This document shows positions 26,888 to 35,840 of a stretch of 54,256 bases of DNA, piece by piece (within the stretch, counting starts at the first letter, position 1; the number at the start of each line of letters is the position of its first letter). The position numbers were made by a program, and so were the translations under genes. Source of the DNA: a virus (lineage: Duplodnaviria; Caudoviricetes); IMG/VR virus record IMGVR_UViG_3300046167_000162, positions 1 to 54,256 of that record, one strand, 5' to 3'. The notes beneath the pieces are model-generated. The model was given only the letters and a program-made list of their open reading frames with translations. It did not search any database and was not told where the DNA came from.

Positions 26888-26930
26888 GAATTCCAGAGAG
26901 ACACACAACAACAGAAAGAGAGAATTCAAA

Positions 26931-27548
26931 ATGTATAAGAGAGACGTTCAAGAGATCATGAATATCTGCCACGCCAAGAAATCGGTTTTACCAGTGGTCA
27001 CCTTTACCTTGTCAACTATTCAAGCTGGGCTTTCTACATGCTTAGGTCAGATTCAAGACATTAACGAAAAAGGGTCAGCTTCTAGATTTTGTTGGGGCTT
27101 GAAAGGTGACGGATACGACTACACAAGAAATAATGACGCCTATTTGTGGGGCAAGGTAAATCATATCAAAGACACATTAGGGACGGAAAGCGTTGAGGCA
27201 TGTGTGGAGGTGATCATGCTTTTCATGCGGGTTCCAAACCTAGGGATGGTTAAAGCTGCATTCGTGGCGCAGATGTTTGGGTTCAACGTGGCGTGTATTG
27301 ATAGCCATAATATTAAGCGCCTAGGGCTTAAACCTAGTGCCGTTCAAACACCACCGGCCAAGATGAAAGAGACCAGCAAGCGCAAGAAAGTGACCACCTA
27401 TGTGGAGATGTGCCAGATTGAAGGAACAGAATATTGGTGGGATACTTGGTGTGATCATGTAGCGGGTAATCGTGCCAACAAGGCCTTGGATACTGGCGAT
27501 ATTGTTTCCCGCTATCATGTGGAATGTGTTGCAGCGGTGGAGGTGTAA
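26931..27548 (+). CDS. Helix-hairpin-helix DNA glycosylase-like protein
   Basis: Start at MYKRD (purine-rich RBS); VPNLGMVKAAFVAQMFGFNVACIDSHN resembles HhH Lys...Asp catalytic motif of OGG2-type enzymes. Confidence 0.6.
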   Translation: MYKRDVQEIMNICHAKKSVLPVVTFTLSTIQAGLSTCLGQIQDINEKGSASRFCWGLKGDGYDYTRNNDAYLWGKVNHIKDTLGTESVEACVEVIMLFMRVPNLGMVKAAFVAQMFGFNVACIDSHNIKRLGLKPSAVQTPPAKMKETSKRKKVTTYVEMCQIEGTEYWWDTWCDHVAGNRANKALDTGDIVSRYHVECVAAVEV

Positions 27549-27656
27549 TACAATGGTTGAATGGATCAAAGACATCGTGACATTGCTTTGCCTATGCGGC
27601 ACTGGCTATGCGTTCTTATTAATCGGCTACGGCCTAGGCTACTAAGGGGAAAGACA

Positions 27657-27941
27657 ATGCAAACTATCATGACAAAATATCTAGGCCCAACAGATACCAA
27701 AGGTTCAAGGGTCAAGGCTATGACATCCAGTGGTCACAGGGGTTCAACCTACACCGTGGAATGGGATCACAGCCTTGATGTAGAAGGCAACCATGCTGAC
27801 GCAGCACAGAAACTATTAGACAAACTAGGCTGGCATGGCGAGTGGCGCATGGGTAGCACAGACAGGGGATATGTATTCGTGAACGCAACAGATTACAACT
27901 CGCCAAAGCTTATGGCAAAAACAACAGGCTGGGAGGTGTAG
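27657..27941 (+). CDS. Early hypothetical protein
   Basis: MQTIMTKYLGPTDTKGSRVKA; AAGGGG RBS. Confidence 0.7.
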   Translation: MQTIMTKYLGPTDTKGSRVKAMTSSGHRGSTYTVEWDHSLDVEGNHADAAQKLLDKLGWHGEWRMGSTDRGYVFVNATDYNSPKLMAKTTGWEV

Positions 27942-27945
27942 TACA

Positions 27946-28335
27946 ATGGGAAAAGTAAATTCATTATTTCAAGATGCACAAGAGGCAAGAGAGGATGCAC
28001 AAGCGGATGCACAAATGGTTTATGCTATAGCAGATGTACCGCATGGAGACTTTGACAACTATGACATGCTCAATAAACTCTTTCATGCATTGTCGCCTCA
28101 CGGATGGCAGAACAGCTCTTGGAAAAACGACACCTGCCCGTCACTGCTCAAAGAGGAACGGCACGGGAACTATTGCCAGATCTTTGTGGACTATGCCGAC
28201 CCTGCCATGCGAGAAGATCCAGAGTGGCCTGTGCTGTCATACGACTGCTATGACGCAGAGGGGATGAAGACATTTCATGAAGAGTTTGACAATGTGGACA
28301 AGCTCATAATCTATCTGACAAAGAGGGTATACTGA
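27946..28335 (+). CDS. Early hypothetical protein
   Basis: 129 aa, GGAGG RBS, SSWKNDTCPS. Confidence 0.7.
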   Translation: MGKVNSLFQDAQEAREDAQADAQMVYAIADVPHGDFDNYDMLNKLFHALSPHGWQNSSWKNDTCPSLLKEERHGNYCQIFVDYADPAMREDPEWPVLSYDCYDAEGMKTFHEEFDNVDKLIIYLTKRVY

Positions 28336-28502
28336 TGATCTATAAACCGCACCCCATGGATGTGTGTGATATGTTTGACACAACCAACAAGACAATCGCA
28401 CAAGTGGCTAGGCACTTTGGCCTGACCAGCGAAGAGGTTAAGAACATATTGCTGGACATTACAGATGAACAGGCGACAGCATTACAAAGAGAGAGAGGTT
28501 AA
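28335..28502 (+). CDS. Small HTH protein
   Basis: Not in ORF track; 55 aa with KTIAQVARHFGLTSEEVKNIL. Confidence 0.55.
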   Translation: MIYKPHPMDVCDMFDTTNKTIAQVARHFGLTSEEVKNILLDITDEQATALQRERG

Positions 28503-28506
28503 GACC

Positions 28507-29247
28507 ATGACCAAAGGTATTGTACTATCACTATATGACTTCACAGGTGAGGCACTCAAGCCATGGGCAGAGGCAGGGTATGAGTGCTACGCCTATGACA
28601 TCCAGCACACAGGAACAGAGGCAACATTTGAGAACACACAGTTCTTTGCTGGTGGTGGCTCTATAGCATACCTACATGCTGACCTGCACAACAAGGATAA
28701 CCTATTTGCCCTACGTTCAGAGTTTATGGAAAAACCTGTCGTGTTCGGCATGGCCTTCCCTGTCTGTACTGACATGGCTGTGTCAGGTGCGGCACACTTC
28801 AAACGTAAGGCTGAACGTGACCCTGAGTTTCAGGTGAAGGCTGTGAACTATGCTAAATGGTGTGCTTGGTTGTTTGATGCCCTAGGTGTCCCTTACTTTG
28901 TGGAGAACCCTGTCAGTGTCTTGGCTACTAAGTGGCGTAAGCCTGACCATAGCTTTCACCCGTACCAATACGGTGAGTATCTCAGTGACGCAGAGGCAGT
29001 ACATCCACGCTGGCCTGAGTATATCGCAGAGCGTGACGCATACACAAAGAAGACTTGCCTCTGGACTGGCGGTGGCTTCCGTATGCCAACCAAGATCTCA
29101 ACGTGTAAGCCGACAGGCTACAGCACACAACACCTAAAGCTGGGCGGTAAGTCACAGCGCACCAAAGACATACGATCTGCCACACCCCGTGGGTTTGCCA
29201 AGGCAGTCTATGAGTTTAACAGCCAATCAGTAGAGGAGACAGTATAA
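28507..29247 (+). CDS. Compact C5-cytosine DNA methyltransferase-like protein
   Basis: VLSLYDFTG (motif I), FPVCTD (IV), VENP (VI), RSATPRGFA (X). Confidence 0.8.
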   Translation: MTKGIVLSLYDFTGEALKPWAEAGYECYAYDIQHTGTEATFENTQFFAGGGSIAYLHADLHNKDNLFALRSEFMEKPVVFGMAFPVCTDMAVSGAAHFKRKAERDPEFQVKAVNYAKWCAWLFDALGVPYFVENPVSVLATKWRKPDHSFHPYQYGEYLSDAEAVHPRWPEYIAERDAYTKKTCLWTGGGFRMPTKISTCKPTGYSTQHLKLGGKSQRTKDIRSATPRGFAKAVYEFNSQSVEETV

Positions 29248-29420
29248 TGTATACGCTAGAACTAACAACAAGCCAGCTACTCATGCTGAAGGAAATGATT
29301 GACAATGACATTGAGATGTCCTGCATGGATGCACCAGACTACACTGACATGGATGCCATGCAATACTATATGGATCGGTGCACAGTGTTTCACCTTGTCA
29401 GAGAGGAGCTAGAGACATGA
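29247..29420 (+). CDS. Small acidic hypothetical protein
   Basis: 57 aa MYTLELTT..., coupled stop/start at both ends. Confidence 0.55.
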   Translation: MYTLELTTSQLLMLKEMIDNDIEMSCMDAPDYTDMDAMQYYMDRCTVFHLVREELET

Positions 29421-29749
29421 CTAATTCAATTGAAAACCTATCAAGTGTGATAAGAACCTTTAGGACTGCCAACAGTGTACTCAGAGGAGAGGGGAAAGAC
29501 AGCCACATCCTATTGGAACACATCGAGGCTTTCCTTTATGTAGCAAGTAAGAAAGAGGCTCTTATGAGGGACGCACAGAAAGACCTACAACTAGCACAAG
29601 CCAAGACTCACAGGACATTCAAGCACCTACAAAGACTAGGCTGGCTGACAATAGGAACAGACCACAAAGATATGCGGCAGCGACAACTGAAACTGACAAG
29701 TGATGGCCTAGATTTCTTAGCATTTCTGACCTACAAATTAGACCGATAG
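29417..29749 (+). CDS. MarR-like winged-helix regulator
   Basis: AKTHRTFKHLQRLGWL...DMRQRQLKLTSDG; GAGGAG RBS. Confidence 0.75.
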   Translation: MTNSIENLSSVIRTFRTANSVLRGEGKDSHILLEHIEAFLYVASKKEALMRDAQKDLQLAQAKTHRTFKHLQRLGWLTIGTDHKDMRQRQLKLTSDGLDFLAFLTYKLDR

Positions 29750-29765
29750 AAAAGGAGAATAACAA

Positions 29766-30017
29766 ATGAAAAAGAATTACCGTACAGCATACAACCAACT
29801 CAAGAAACTAGGCGTCACAGTCTATGAGGATGACGATGGCTTTCGTATCTCAGGAGAGGACAACTACCCAGAGGTGTGGGCTGACTACTACTGTGAGTTC
29901 GGTGGTACTGTCTTGGATGACTTCGGAGTTAACCACAAGATCAACAATATCCTGGAAAAGCAGGGGCTATTTGCTGAGTGGGAAAACACTGGCGTCCTAG
30001 GTGTAGCAGAATTATAA
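29766..30017 (+). CDS. Hypothetical protein
   Basis: 83 aa, AGGAG RBS. Confidence 0.7.
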   Translation: MKKNYRTAYNQLKKLGVTVYEDDDGFRISGEDNYPEVWADYYCEFGGTVLDDFGVNHKINNILEKQGLFAEWENTGVLGVAEL

Positions 30018-30038
30018 TCTTAAAAAGGAGAAAGACTA

Positions 30039-30569
30039 ATGCCTAACTGGTGTAACAATAGCATAACAATCTCTGGCCCTACAGCTAAGATCAAAGCACT
30101 GTGGGATGAAGCTAACGCTAAACCAGAGGATGAAGAAGATGAAAATGGCTTACTTCAAGCTATGGTTCCTATAGCTGAAGGTGAAGATGGCTGGTATAGC
30201 AGTCGTGTCGATAGCTGGGGAACCAAGTGGGAGATTGACCTTGAAGGCTTAGAGTATGATGACAATGAGGATGGTACATCTACTATCTCTGGCTGGTTTG
30301 ATTCCGCATGGTCTCCACCTATCGCAGCATATGATACATTCACTGCAAGCAACCAAGACTGTACTGTTGAGGCGTCTTACTATGAGTGTGGTATGTGTTT
30401 TGTTGGACAGTACAGCAGCGTAGAAGGTACAGACGATTGCTATACCTTTGACTTCACTGATGAAGATTGGGCTGCTGATATTCCCTCTGATCTGGTAGAA
30501 GACTGGGGGCTAGACAATGAGTATAAGAACTGGAAAGAATGGCAAGAGGAAGAAGAGGAGACAGCATAA
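30039..30569 (+). CDS. YubB/DUF1281 ferredoxin-like-domain protein
   Basis: MPNWCNN, WGTKWE, FDSAWSPP, YYECGMCFVG. Confidence 0.75.
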   Translation: MPNWCNNSITISGPTAKIKALWDEANAKPEDEEDENGLLQAMVPIAEGEDGWYSSRVDSWGTKWEIDLEGLEYDDNEDGTSTISGWFDSAWSPPIAAYDTFTASNQDCTVEASYYECGMCFVGQYSSVEGTDDCYTFDFTDEDWAADIPSDLVEDWGLDNEYKNWKEWQEEEEETA

Positions 30570-30835
30570 TGACTAAGACAATCAAAACAGAACTGACCCG
30601 TGACGAAGTAGCAATACTCTTGGAAGTATACAACACAATTGATGCTATGGTTGATGACACAATGGAGATGATGGATGTGCGTATGTCACAGCTTAGTGAT
30701 GTAAGAGACAAGGCCTATGCGTTGAAACAGATGTTTGACTTCAGACCTCTTGTTGATGGGGACGGAAACCCTAACCACTGGAGGCCATACGTATTACCTG
30801 ACAATCCTAACGCATGGTTCTACGAGAAAGACTAA
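30569..30835 (+). CDS. Hypothetical protein
   Basis: TAATG-coupled start, 88 aa. Confidence 0.65.
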   Translation: MTKTIKTELTRDEVAILLEVYNTIDAMVDDTMEMMDVRMSQLSDVRDKAYALKQMFDFRPLVDGDGNPNHWRPYVLPDNPNAWFYEKD

Positions 30836-30866
30836 TCTGAATTGTTGTAAAAAGGAGACAAACGAG

Positions 30867-31034
30867 ATGCAATTATACGTTTTAATTCACGATGAAAATC
30901 TAGGCACTGAAACATGCTGGAAGAATTTCTCTAAAATGAAAGAGGCTGAACAGTACATGAAGGATGTTAATGAACTCAATGGTGTAAGGGCTGAACTTAA
31001 AGTGGTGGGAGCTAAACACAATGCCAACCTATGA
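30867..31034 (+). CDS. Small hypothetical protein
   Basis: AGGAG RBS, 55 aa. Confidence 0.55.
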   Translation: MQLYVLIHDENLGTETCWKNFSKMKEAEQYMKDVNELNGVRAELKVVGAKHNANL

Positions 31035-31110
31035 GTTTATTTCAATCGGTGCTACAGTAATCTTCTGGTTTGTGGTCTACCTGATCTACAAAAAAGATGA
31101 GTAGAGGTAC

Positions 31111-31138
31111 TTGACATGCAAGAGGTCTTACCTATCTA
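31111..31138 (+). promoter_or_regulatory. Putative sigma70 promoter
   Basis: TTGACA-N16-TATCTA. Confidence 0.55.
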
Positions 31139-31206
31139 ATACTACTGGTAGTAGTACTTAAGGTAATACTGTTAGTATTTATTTCTTTATATAGAATTAA
31201 TACTAA

Positions 31207-31258
31207 TAGATACTAACAGTAGATACCAACAGTAGATACTAATAGTAGATACTAAAGA
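31207..31258. repeat. Four tandem 13-bp repeats TAGATACYAAYAG in AT-rich spacer (candidate origin)
   Basis: Units at 31207, 31220, 31233, 31246. Confidence 0.8.
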
Positions 31259-31291
31259 TCTCTTGCATTTAACTTTAGAAAGAAAGAACCA

Positions 31292-31504
31292 ATGGTAGTC
31301 CATAAGGGTATAGACTTAGAAGATATAGAAACCATTGAAGAATACTTTGAGGTCTTCGGTAAAGATGAAGAGGCTTTGAAATACTTGATAGGTTTATTTC
31401 TTGATCAGGTCTTTGACTTACAAGAGTTCCTTCAAGACAAGGGCTTCAGAGCAGAAGACTTCATCGAGTGGCAGCAGTTAAAGGCTGATAGACAATACCA
31501 TTAG
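31292..31504 (+). CDS. Hypothetical protein
   Basis: 70 aa acidic ORF. Confidence 0.6.
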   Translation: MVVHKGIDLEDIETIEEYFEVFGKDEEALKYLIGLFLDQVFDLQEFLQDKGFRAEDFIEWQQLKADRQYH

Positions 31505-31516
31505 AGGGATAAGACA

Positions 31517-31684
31517 ATGGAAGAAAGAATAACATCACTGGAAAGACACATCACGAAACTTCAAAAGGAACGATCCGAGGCGGAGTGGTATGGTGACTTC
31601 GAACATGCAGACTTCTTGAAAAAACTTATTGACTCCTCAATAGAAGAAAGGAATAAGGGGGAGGTATACTACGTTAAGTTTTAA
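31517..31684 (+). CDS. Small hypothetical protein
   Basis: 55 aa MEERITSL..., GAGGG RBS. Confidence 0.55.
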   Translation: MEERITSLERHITKLQKERSEAEWYGDFEHADFLKKLIDSSIEERNKGEVYYVKF

Positions 31685-31690
31685 TACAGA

Positions 31691-31767
31691 CCACCCTTAG
31701 CTCAACTGGATAGAGCAACTGCCTTCTAAGCAGTAGGTTGCAGGTTCGAGTCCTGCAGGGTGGGCCA
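31691..31767 (+). tRNA. tRNA-Arg(UCU)
   Basis: Acceptor CCACCCT/AGGGTGG, D arm GCTC/GAGC, anticodon stem ACTGC/GCAGT with TCT, GGTTCGAGTCC T-loop, encoded CCA. Confidence 0.95.
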
Positions 31768-31789
31768 ACCAACAAGGACAACACACACA

Positions 31790-31999
31790 ATGGAAACATT
31801 AGACATCATACTGATCGGCTACGGGGTGCTTCTAGTTTACCTTGTATGGGATAACATCCAGGCTCACCGCCGACTGGACGTACACGAGGACTGCCTCGAT
31901 GAGACTATCCAGAAACACAACCAATTGGTTGAAGACATAGCGGCGTTTGCTGACGAGATGGATGATGCTTTCTATAAACTGGAGAAGAAAAATGACTAG
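31790..31999 (+). CDS. Small membrane-anchored coiled-coil protein
   Basis: N-terminal TM helix; AAGGA RBS. Confidence 0.6.
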   Translation: METLDIILIGYGVLLVYLVWDNIQAHRRLDVHEDCLDETIQKHNQLVEDIAAFADEMDDAFYKLEKKND

Positions 32000-32174
32000 C
32001 ACGGTATGGATATTGTTGTGGCTTGTCTTAGTGCCTGAGAGTGGTATTAGGTATTATCACTTGGGTACTTATGACAATGAGACCCTATGTAAGTCTGGAC
32101 TGAGAGATGCAGCAGTTATGGTCAACGATAAAAATGAAACAGTGGAATGTATTGGGGTACAGGTAGATGATTGA
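31992..32174 (+). CDS. Small signal-anchor protein with two Cys
   Basis: MTSTVWILLWLVLV...LC...EC. Confidence 0.6.
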   Translation: MTSTVWILLWLVLVPESGIRYYHLGTYDNETLCKSGLRDAAVMVNDKNETVECIGVQVDD

Positions 32175-32400
32175 TGTAGAGATGTGGGCTATCAAAGATA
32201 CTGAAGAAGATAAGTTAATTGTAACTAAGTTTGGAAGGTCTACATGGAAACGTAAGATGAGTCCCAGCGGAGTTAATATTCCGGGTTATAAGAGGTATGA
32301 CTTTGATTGGTCAACCAACCCGCCAATCCGTACAGAAAGTGCTAAGTACAAGAGACTAAAACCTATTAGGATTAAACTGACGGAGATTGTAGATGATTAA
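32167..32400 (+). CDS. Hypothetical protein
   Basis: 77 aa, overlaps neighbours. Confidence 0.55.
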   Translation: MIDVEMWAIKDTEEDKLIVTKFGRSTWKRKMSPSGVNIPGYKRYDFDWSTNPPIRTESAKYKRLKPIRIKLTEIVDD

Positions 32401-33043
32401 AGCAACATACATAGACCACATGGGTAGTGACTTGACTGTAGCTAACGCAGCACGGGTCAGCTTTGGTAAGACATCTGAGATGGAAGACGATCCTTGGGGT
32501 CCACCAAAGCTTAAGGCTAAGGACGATAAGCTGATCCGTTACCTAGCAAAGCACAAGCACATCAGTCCATTCGGTCATTGCTTCGCCAGCTTCCACATCA
32601 AGGCTCCAATCTTTGTAGCACGGCAGCTAGTCAAGCATAAGTTCTTGAGATGGAATGAGATCAGTAGACGTTACGTTGATGATGAGCCTGAGTTCTACAC
32701 TCCTTATGCATGGCGTGGACGTAGTTCCGACAAGAAGCAAGGTAGTGAGGGTGTAGTAAACGTGGGTGACTGGGGAAGCTCAGGCTGGGCGGCACTTAAA
32801 GCTTACAAAGACCTACTATCTCATGGTGTGGCTCCTGAGCAAGCCCGTATGGAACTCCCACAGTCTACTATGACTGAATGGTACTGGTCAGGTAGCCTTG
32901 ATGCCTTCTCTGATATGTGTAACCTACGTTGCAAGCCTGACACACAGGCAGAGACACGAGAGGTAGCACGACAGATTGACCACAAGATGATTGAGCTATT
33001 CCCTGTGTCATGGGACGCACTAACGGAGGATGAAGATGCCTAA
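32393..33043 (+). CDS. thyX: Flavin-dependent thymidylate synthase
   Basis: AARVSF, HISPF, RQLVKH, NEISRRY, EQARM.LP. Confidence 0.92.
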   Translation: MIKATYIDHMGSDLTVANAARVSFGKTSEMEDDPWGPPKLKAKDDKLIRYLAKHKHISPFGHCFASFHIKAPIFVARQLVKHKFLRWNEISRRYVDDEPEFYTPYAWRGRSSDKKQGSEGVVNVGDWGSSGWAALKAYKDLLSHGVAPEQARMELPQSTMTEWYWSGSLDAFSDMCNLRCKPDTQAETREVARQIDHKMIELFPVSWDALTEDEDA

Positions 33044-33260
33044 ACTATATGACTTAGAGCCAATGATTATGGACTGCTGGCATGTATGCGATGACCTACA
33101 GGTTATCTTTAGGCAGATAGGTGACGGTGAGCGTGACCCTACACAAGATGAACTGATGAACGCCCTGCTTGGTATGCAGCAAGTGTACCAGTGGAAGTTT
33201 GAGCAGCTGTTCTTTAAGTATGAACAGGTGATAGCAGAGGGTAGAAAGAACTATGATTAG
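33036..33260 (+). CDS. Hypothetical protein
   Basis: Overlaps thyX stop; GAGGA RBS. Confidence 0.65.
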   Translation: MPKLYDLEPMIMDCWHVCDDLQVIFRQIGDGERDPTQDELMNALLGMQQVYQWKFEQLFFKYEQVIAEGRKNYD

Positions 33261-33387
33261 ACCCATGACACCAGAGGAACGTAGAGCATCTCAAGATCGT
33301 GATGAAAAGAATAAGTGGCGCAAGTGTGTCAGCTGTGGTAATGCAAGCAAGGACACATGGTGTAGCTTCTGTTTGGAGGAAGAGTAA
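33253..33387 (+). CDS. Tiny zinc-ribbon protein
   Basis: 44 aa with CVSC...CSFC; coupled to neighbours. Confidence 0.55.
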   Translation: MIRPMTPEERRASQDRDEKNKWRKCVSCGNASKDTWCSFCLEEE

Positions 33388-33698
33388 TGATAAACAGCGA
33401 GTGGCGTAGGCTGATAAGAGAACAAGAGAACTTTAAGGAGACGGTAGTGGCAGAGCATACACCAGATATTGTGAATGAGCCTGAGCATTACGCACGGTGG
33501 AAGATCGAGCCTATCACATACATCATGCGCAATGGCTTTGAGTTCTGGAGAGGTAACCTTATCAAGTACAGTAGCCGTGCAGGTTACAAGATGTACAGTG
33601 GTAAGACCCAGGTTGAGAGTGAGATCATTGACTTGGAGAAAGTTATCCGGTATGCAAACATGCGTATCAACCAGTTAAACGGAGAGGAAAAGCTATGA
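33387..33698 (+). CDS. DUF3310 / T7 gp1.7-like nucleotide kinase family protein
   Basis: VNEPEHY, GNLIKYSSRAGYK, DLEKVIRY. Confidence 0.75.
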   Translation: MINSEWRRLIREQENFKETVVAEHTPDIVNEPEHYARWKIEPITYIMRNGFEFWRGNLIKYSSRAGYKMYSGKTQVESEIIDLEKVIRYANMRINQLNGEEKL

Positions 33699-33823
33699 TA
33701 CCTGTTGGTCAGTTACGATTGTTACTCATTAAGGCAGGGTTAGAGTTTAAGATTACTCGTGTTGAGGGTAACATAGCTCACGTTAATATTATGGTAGCGG
33801 AGGGATCAGATGTTCACAGTTGA
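33695..33823 (+). CDS. Small hypothetical protein
   Basis: 42 aa, ATGA overlap, GAGGA RBS. Confidence 0.45.
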   Translation: MIPVGQLRLLLIKAGLEFKITRVEGNIAHVNIMVAEGSDVHS

Positions 33824-34043
33824 GTTTGAACATGACTCTTCCGTTATCCGCAGCCTAGATGAGACAGGAGAGTTAGATGACATAGAAATGATACTGGATG
33901 ACGATGGACTTGTTTTTATGAGGCAGTGGGATGATAGCTTGGACAAGTACGAGATGATCGTCATGACTTACCAACAGCTTCTTGACTTAGTTGTCTCACT
34001 AAAGCAGACTGAAGGTATATTCTTAGCCGTACCAAGGGAGTAA
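33810..34043 (+). CDS. Hypothetical protein
   Basis: 77 aa acidic, GGAGG RBS. Confidence 0.65.
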   Translation: MFTVEFEHDSSVIRSLDETGELDDIEMILDDDGLVFMRQWDDSLDKYEMIVMTYQQLLDLVVSLKQTEGIFLAVPRE

Positions 34044-34047
34044 AACT

Positions 34048-34221
34048 ATGAGCGACACAACACACACAGTAGAGTCTTTCATGAGAGAGAATAACCTAAC
34101 CTCACAAGATGTAATTCTTATTTTAACTAGACACCTTAATGACGTTGAGTTTGAGAGAGACTTAGCTGAGGTCTATGAGGGTGACGAGTGGGGTGACTGG
34201 GCAGAGGGAGATATAGTATGA
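34048..34221 (+). CDS. Small acidic hypothetical protein
   Basis: 57 aa, ATGA overlap with primase start. Confidence 0.55.
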   Translation: MSDTTHTVESFMRENNLTSQDVILILTRHLNDVEFERDLAEVYEGDEWGDWAEGDIV

Positions 34222-35840
34222 ACGTAGCAGAAGATAAAAAGTTTGACATCGAGAGAGTAGCCTGTCCTTACGAGGAATGTGGAAGCTCAGACGGTTTCTA
34301 CTATAGCTCAGCAACAAAGTCAGGTTTCTGCCATGTCTGTGAGAGTAAGACAGGTAAACCTGGTAAGTATCCACGGCCTAACTTCAGGAAAGATATAACT
34401 GAATGGGCAGAAGAAACATATCCGGTGAACACAATGAAACCACCAGTACACACAAGACAAATATCATCAGCTACATTCTCAGGCATACGGGGCATTGACT
34501 CAGACGTATGTAAGCTGTTCGGTATTCAACTACAGATGGACAATGAGGGTGATGCTGTACGTTACGCATTCAAGTATCCATCAAACGTAAAGTACAGAGG
34601 CTTCGAAGAGAAGAAGTTCTGGACCGAGGAGAAGGGTGCCTTGCAAGATTTGTTTGGCCCTGACTTCAATGCTGGTTCAAGTAAGCGTATCTACCTGACA
34701 GAGGGTGAGTTCGATGCTGCATCTCTTTATCAGGCTCTAGGTAAAAGCTTCCCTGTTAAGTCTATCCCTTCTGCATCCCTGTCTGATAAGTTTATTAAGA
34801 AAAACTTTGATTACCTTAATTCCTTTCAGGAGATCGTCTACGCTGGTGAGCAAGATGATGCAGGTAAGGGTGCAGCTACACGCTTGTACGAGTTATTCCC
34901 TGAGAAGTTTTACTATGTGCCTCTAACCAAGCACAAGGATGCCAATGACTTCATACAAGCTGGCGATCAGGATGACCTGAAGTGGGCTGCTGTTAAACCT
35001 CAACGCTTCGCACCTGATAACTTCTTTGTTGGTGACGTAGAGGTTGAGAAGGCAATCAGAACAGAGAACCCTTACGAGTATGTACCCACAGGACACACAG
35101 CCCTGGATGATAAGATCCGTGGGTTAGTCAAGGGTGGTCTAACTTTTATTAAGGCTCTGCGTGGTCAAGGTAAGACTGAGTTGATCAGATACTTTGAGGT
35201 TGGTCTTCTTAAGTCAGAGGCTAAGATTGCTTTACTACACATGGAAGAGATGAAGTCTACAACCTACCGAGCCATGGCTACCTACGAGTTAGGCTGTAAC
35301 GTCCGTACTAAAGAAGATGCTGCTGAGAATGGTGTGTCAGAGGATGACGTAATCTTGGCAGCTAAGATAGCAGCACGTGACGATCAGACTATTATCTTTG
35401 AGATGCAAGCACACGATGACCCCATGAAGCTACTGGACTATGTACGTCTAGCTTCTACAGTGTATGGTGCAAGCTTCATCTTTATTGACCACGTCCAGCG
35501 GTTAGCCTACCTGTCAAACGCAGGAGTAGAGGGTGCAACCAGTACACTTACAACTCTTGGTGCTCGTATGGCACAGCTGGCTAAGGAGTTAAACATTGGT
35601 GTGATCTTCATCTCTCAAGTTAATGATGACGGACGTACAAAGTATGCTGCTTCACTTGAGGAAGAGGCTATCGTTTGTGTTAAGCTTGAACGTGACACTG
35701 AAGCTGAGGAAGAATCAGAGAGGAATACTACACACTTCACCGTTGACAAGAACAGACCATTCGCTAAGTTAGGTAAGGCGGGTTCAGTTTACTATGATCC
35801 TGACACAACAATACTAGAAGAGGTTTCGTTTCAGATATGA
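34218..35840 (+). CDS. T7 gp4-like primase/helicase
   Basis: N-terminal Zn finger CPYEEC...CHVC, TOPRIM TEGEFDA, DnaB-like RGQGKT, IFIDH, KNR. Confidence 0.93.
   Translation: MNVAEDKKFDIERVACPYEECGSSDGFYYSSATKSGFCHVCESKTGKPGKYPRPNFRKDITEWAEETYPVNTMKPPVHTRQISSATFSGIRGIDSDVCKLFGIQLQMDNEGDAVRYAFKYPSNVKYRGFEEKKFWTEEKGALQDLFGPDFNAGSSKRIYLTEGEFDAASLYQALGKSFPVKSIPSASLSDKFIKKNFDYLNSFQEIVYAGEQDDAGKGAATRLYELFPEKFYYVPLTKHKDANDFIQAGDQDDLKWAAVKPQRFAPDNFFVGDVEVEKAIRTENPYEYVPTGHTALDDKIRGLVKGGLTFIKALRGQGKTELIRYFEVGLLKSEAKIALLHMEEMKSTTYRAMATYELGCNVRTKEDAAENGVSEDDVILAAKIAARDDQTIIFEMQAHDDPMKLLDYVRLASTVYGASFIFIDHVQRLAYLSNAGVEGATSTLTTLGARMAQLAKELNIGVIFISQVNDDGRTKYAASLEEEAIVCVKLERDTEAEEESERNTTHFTVDKNRPFAKLGKAGSVYYDPDTTILEEVSFQI

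Larger units (their letters stand above)
26030..26900. other. Divergent non-coding control region; probable genome terminus/packaging region
   Basis: ~870 bp with no convincing ORF, AT-rich, many palindromes, both gene arms diverge from it. Confidence 0.65.

Noticed and set aside
26727-26930. N-terminal extension of the 273-aa ORF
   Set aside because: Overlaps palindromes and promoter; RBS supports ATG at 26931
31691-31767. tRNA as attP site of a temperate phage
   Set aside because: tRNA is complete, and no integrase or repressor cassette is recognisable
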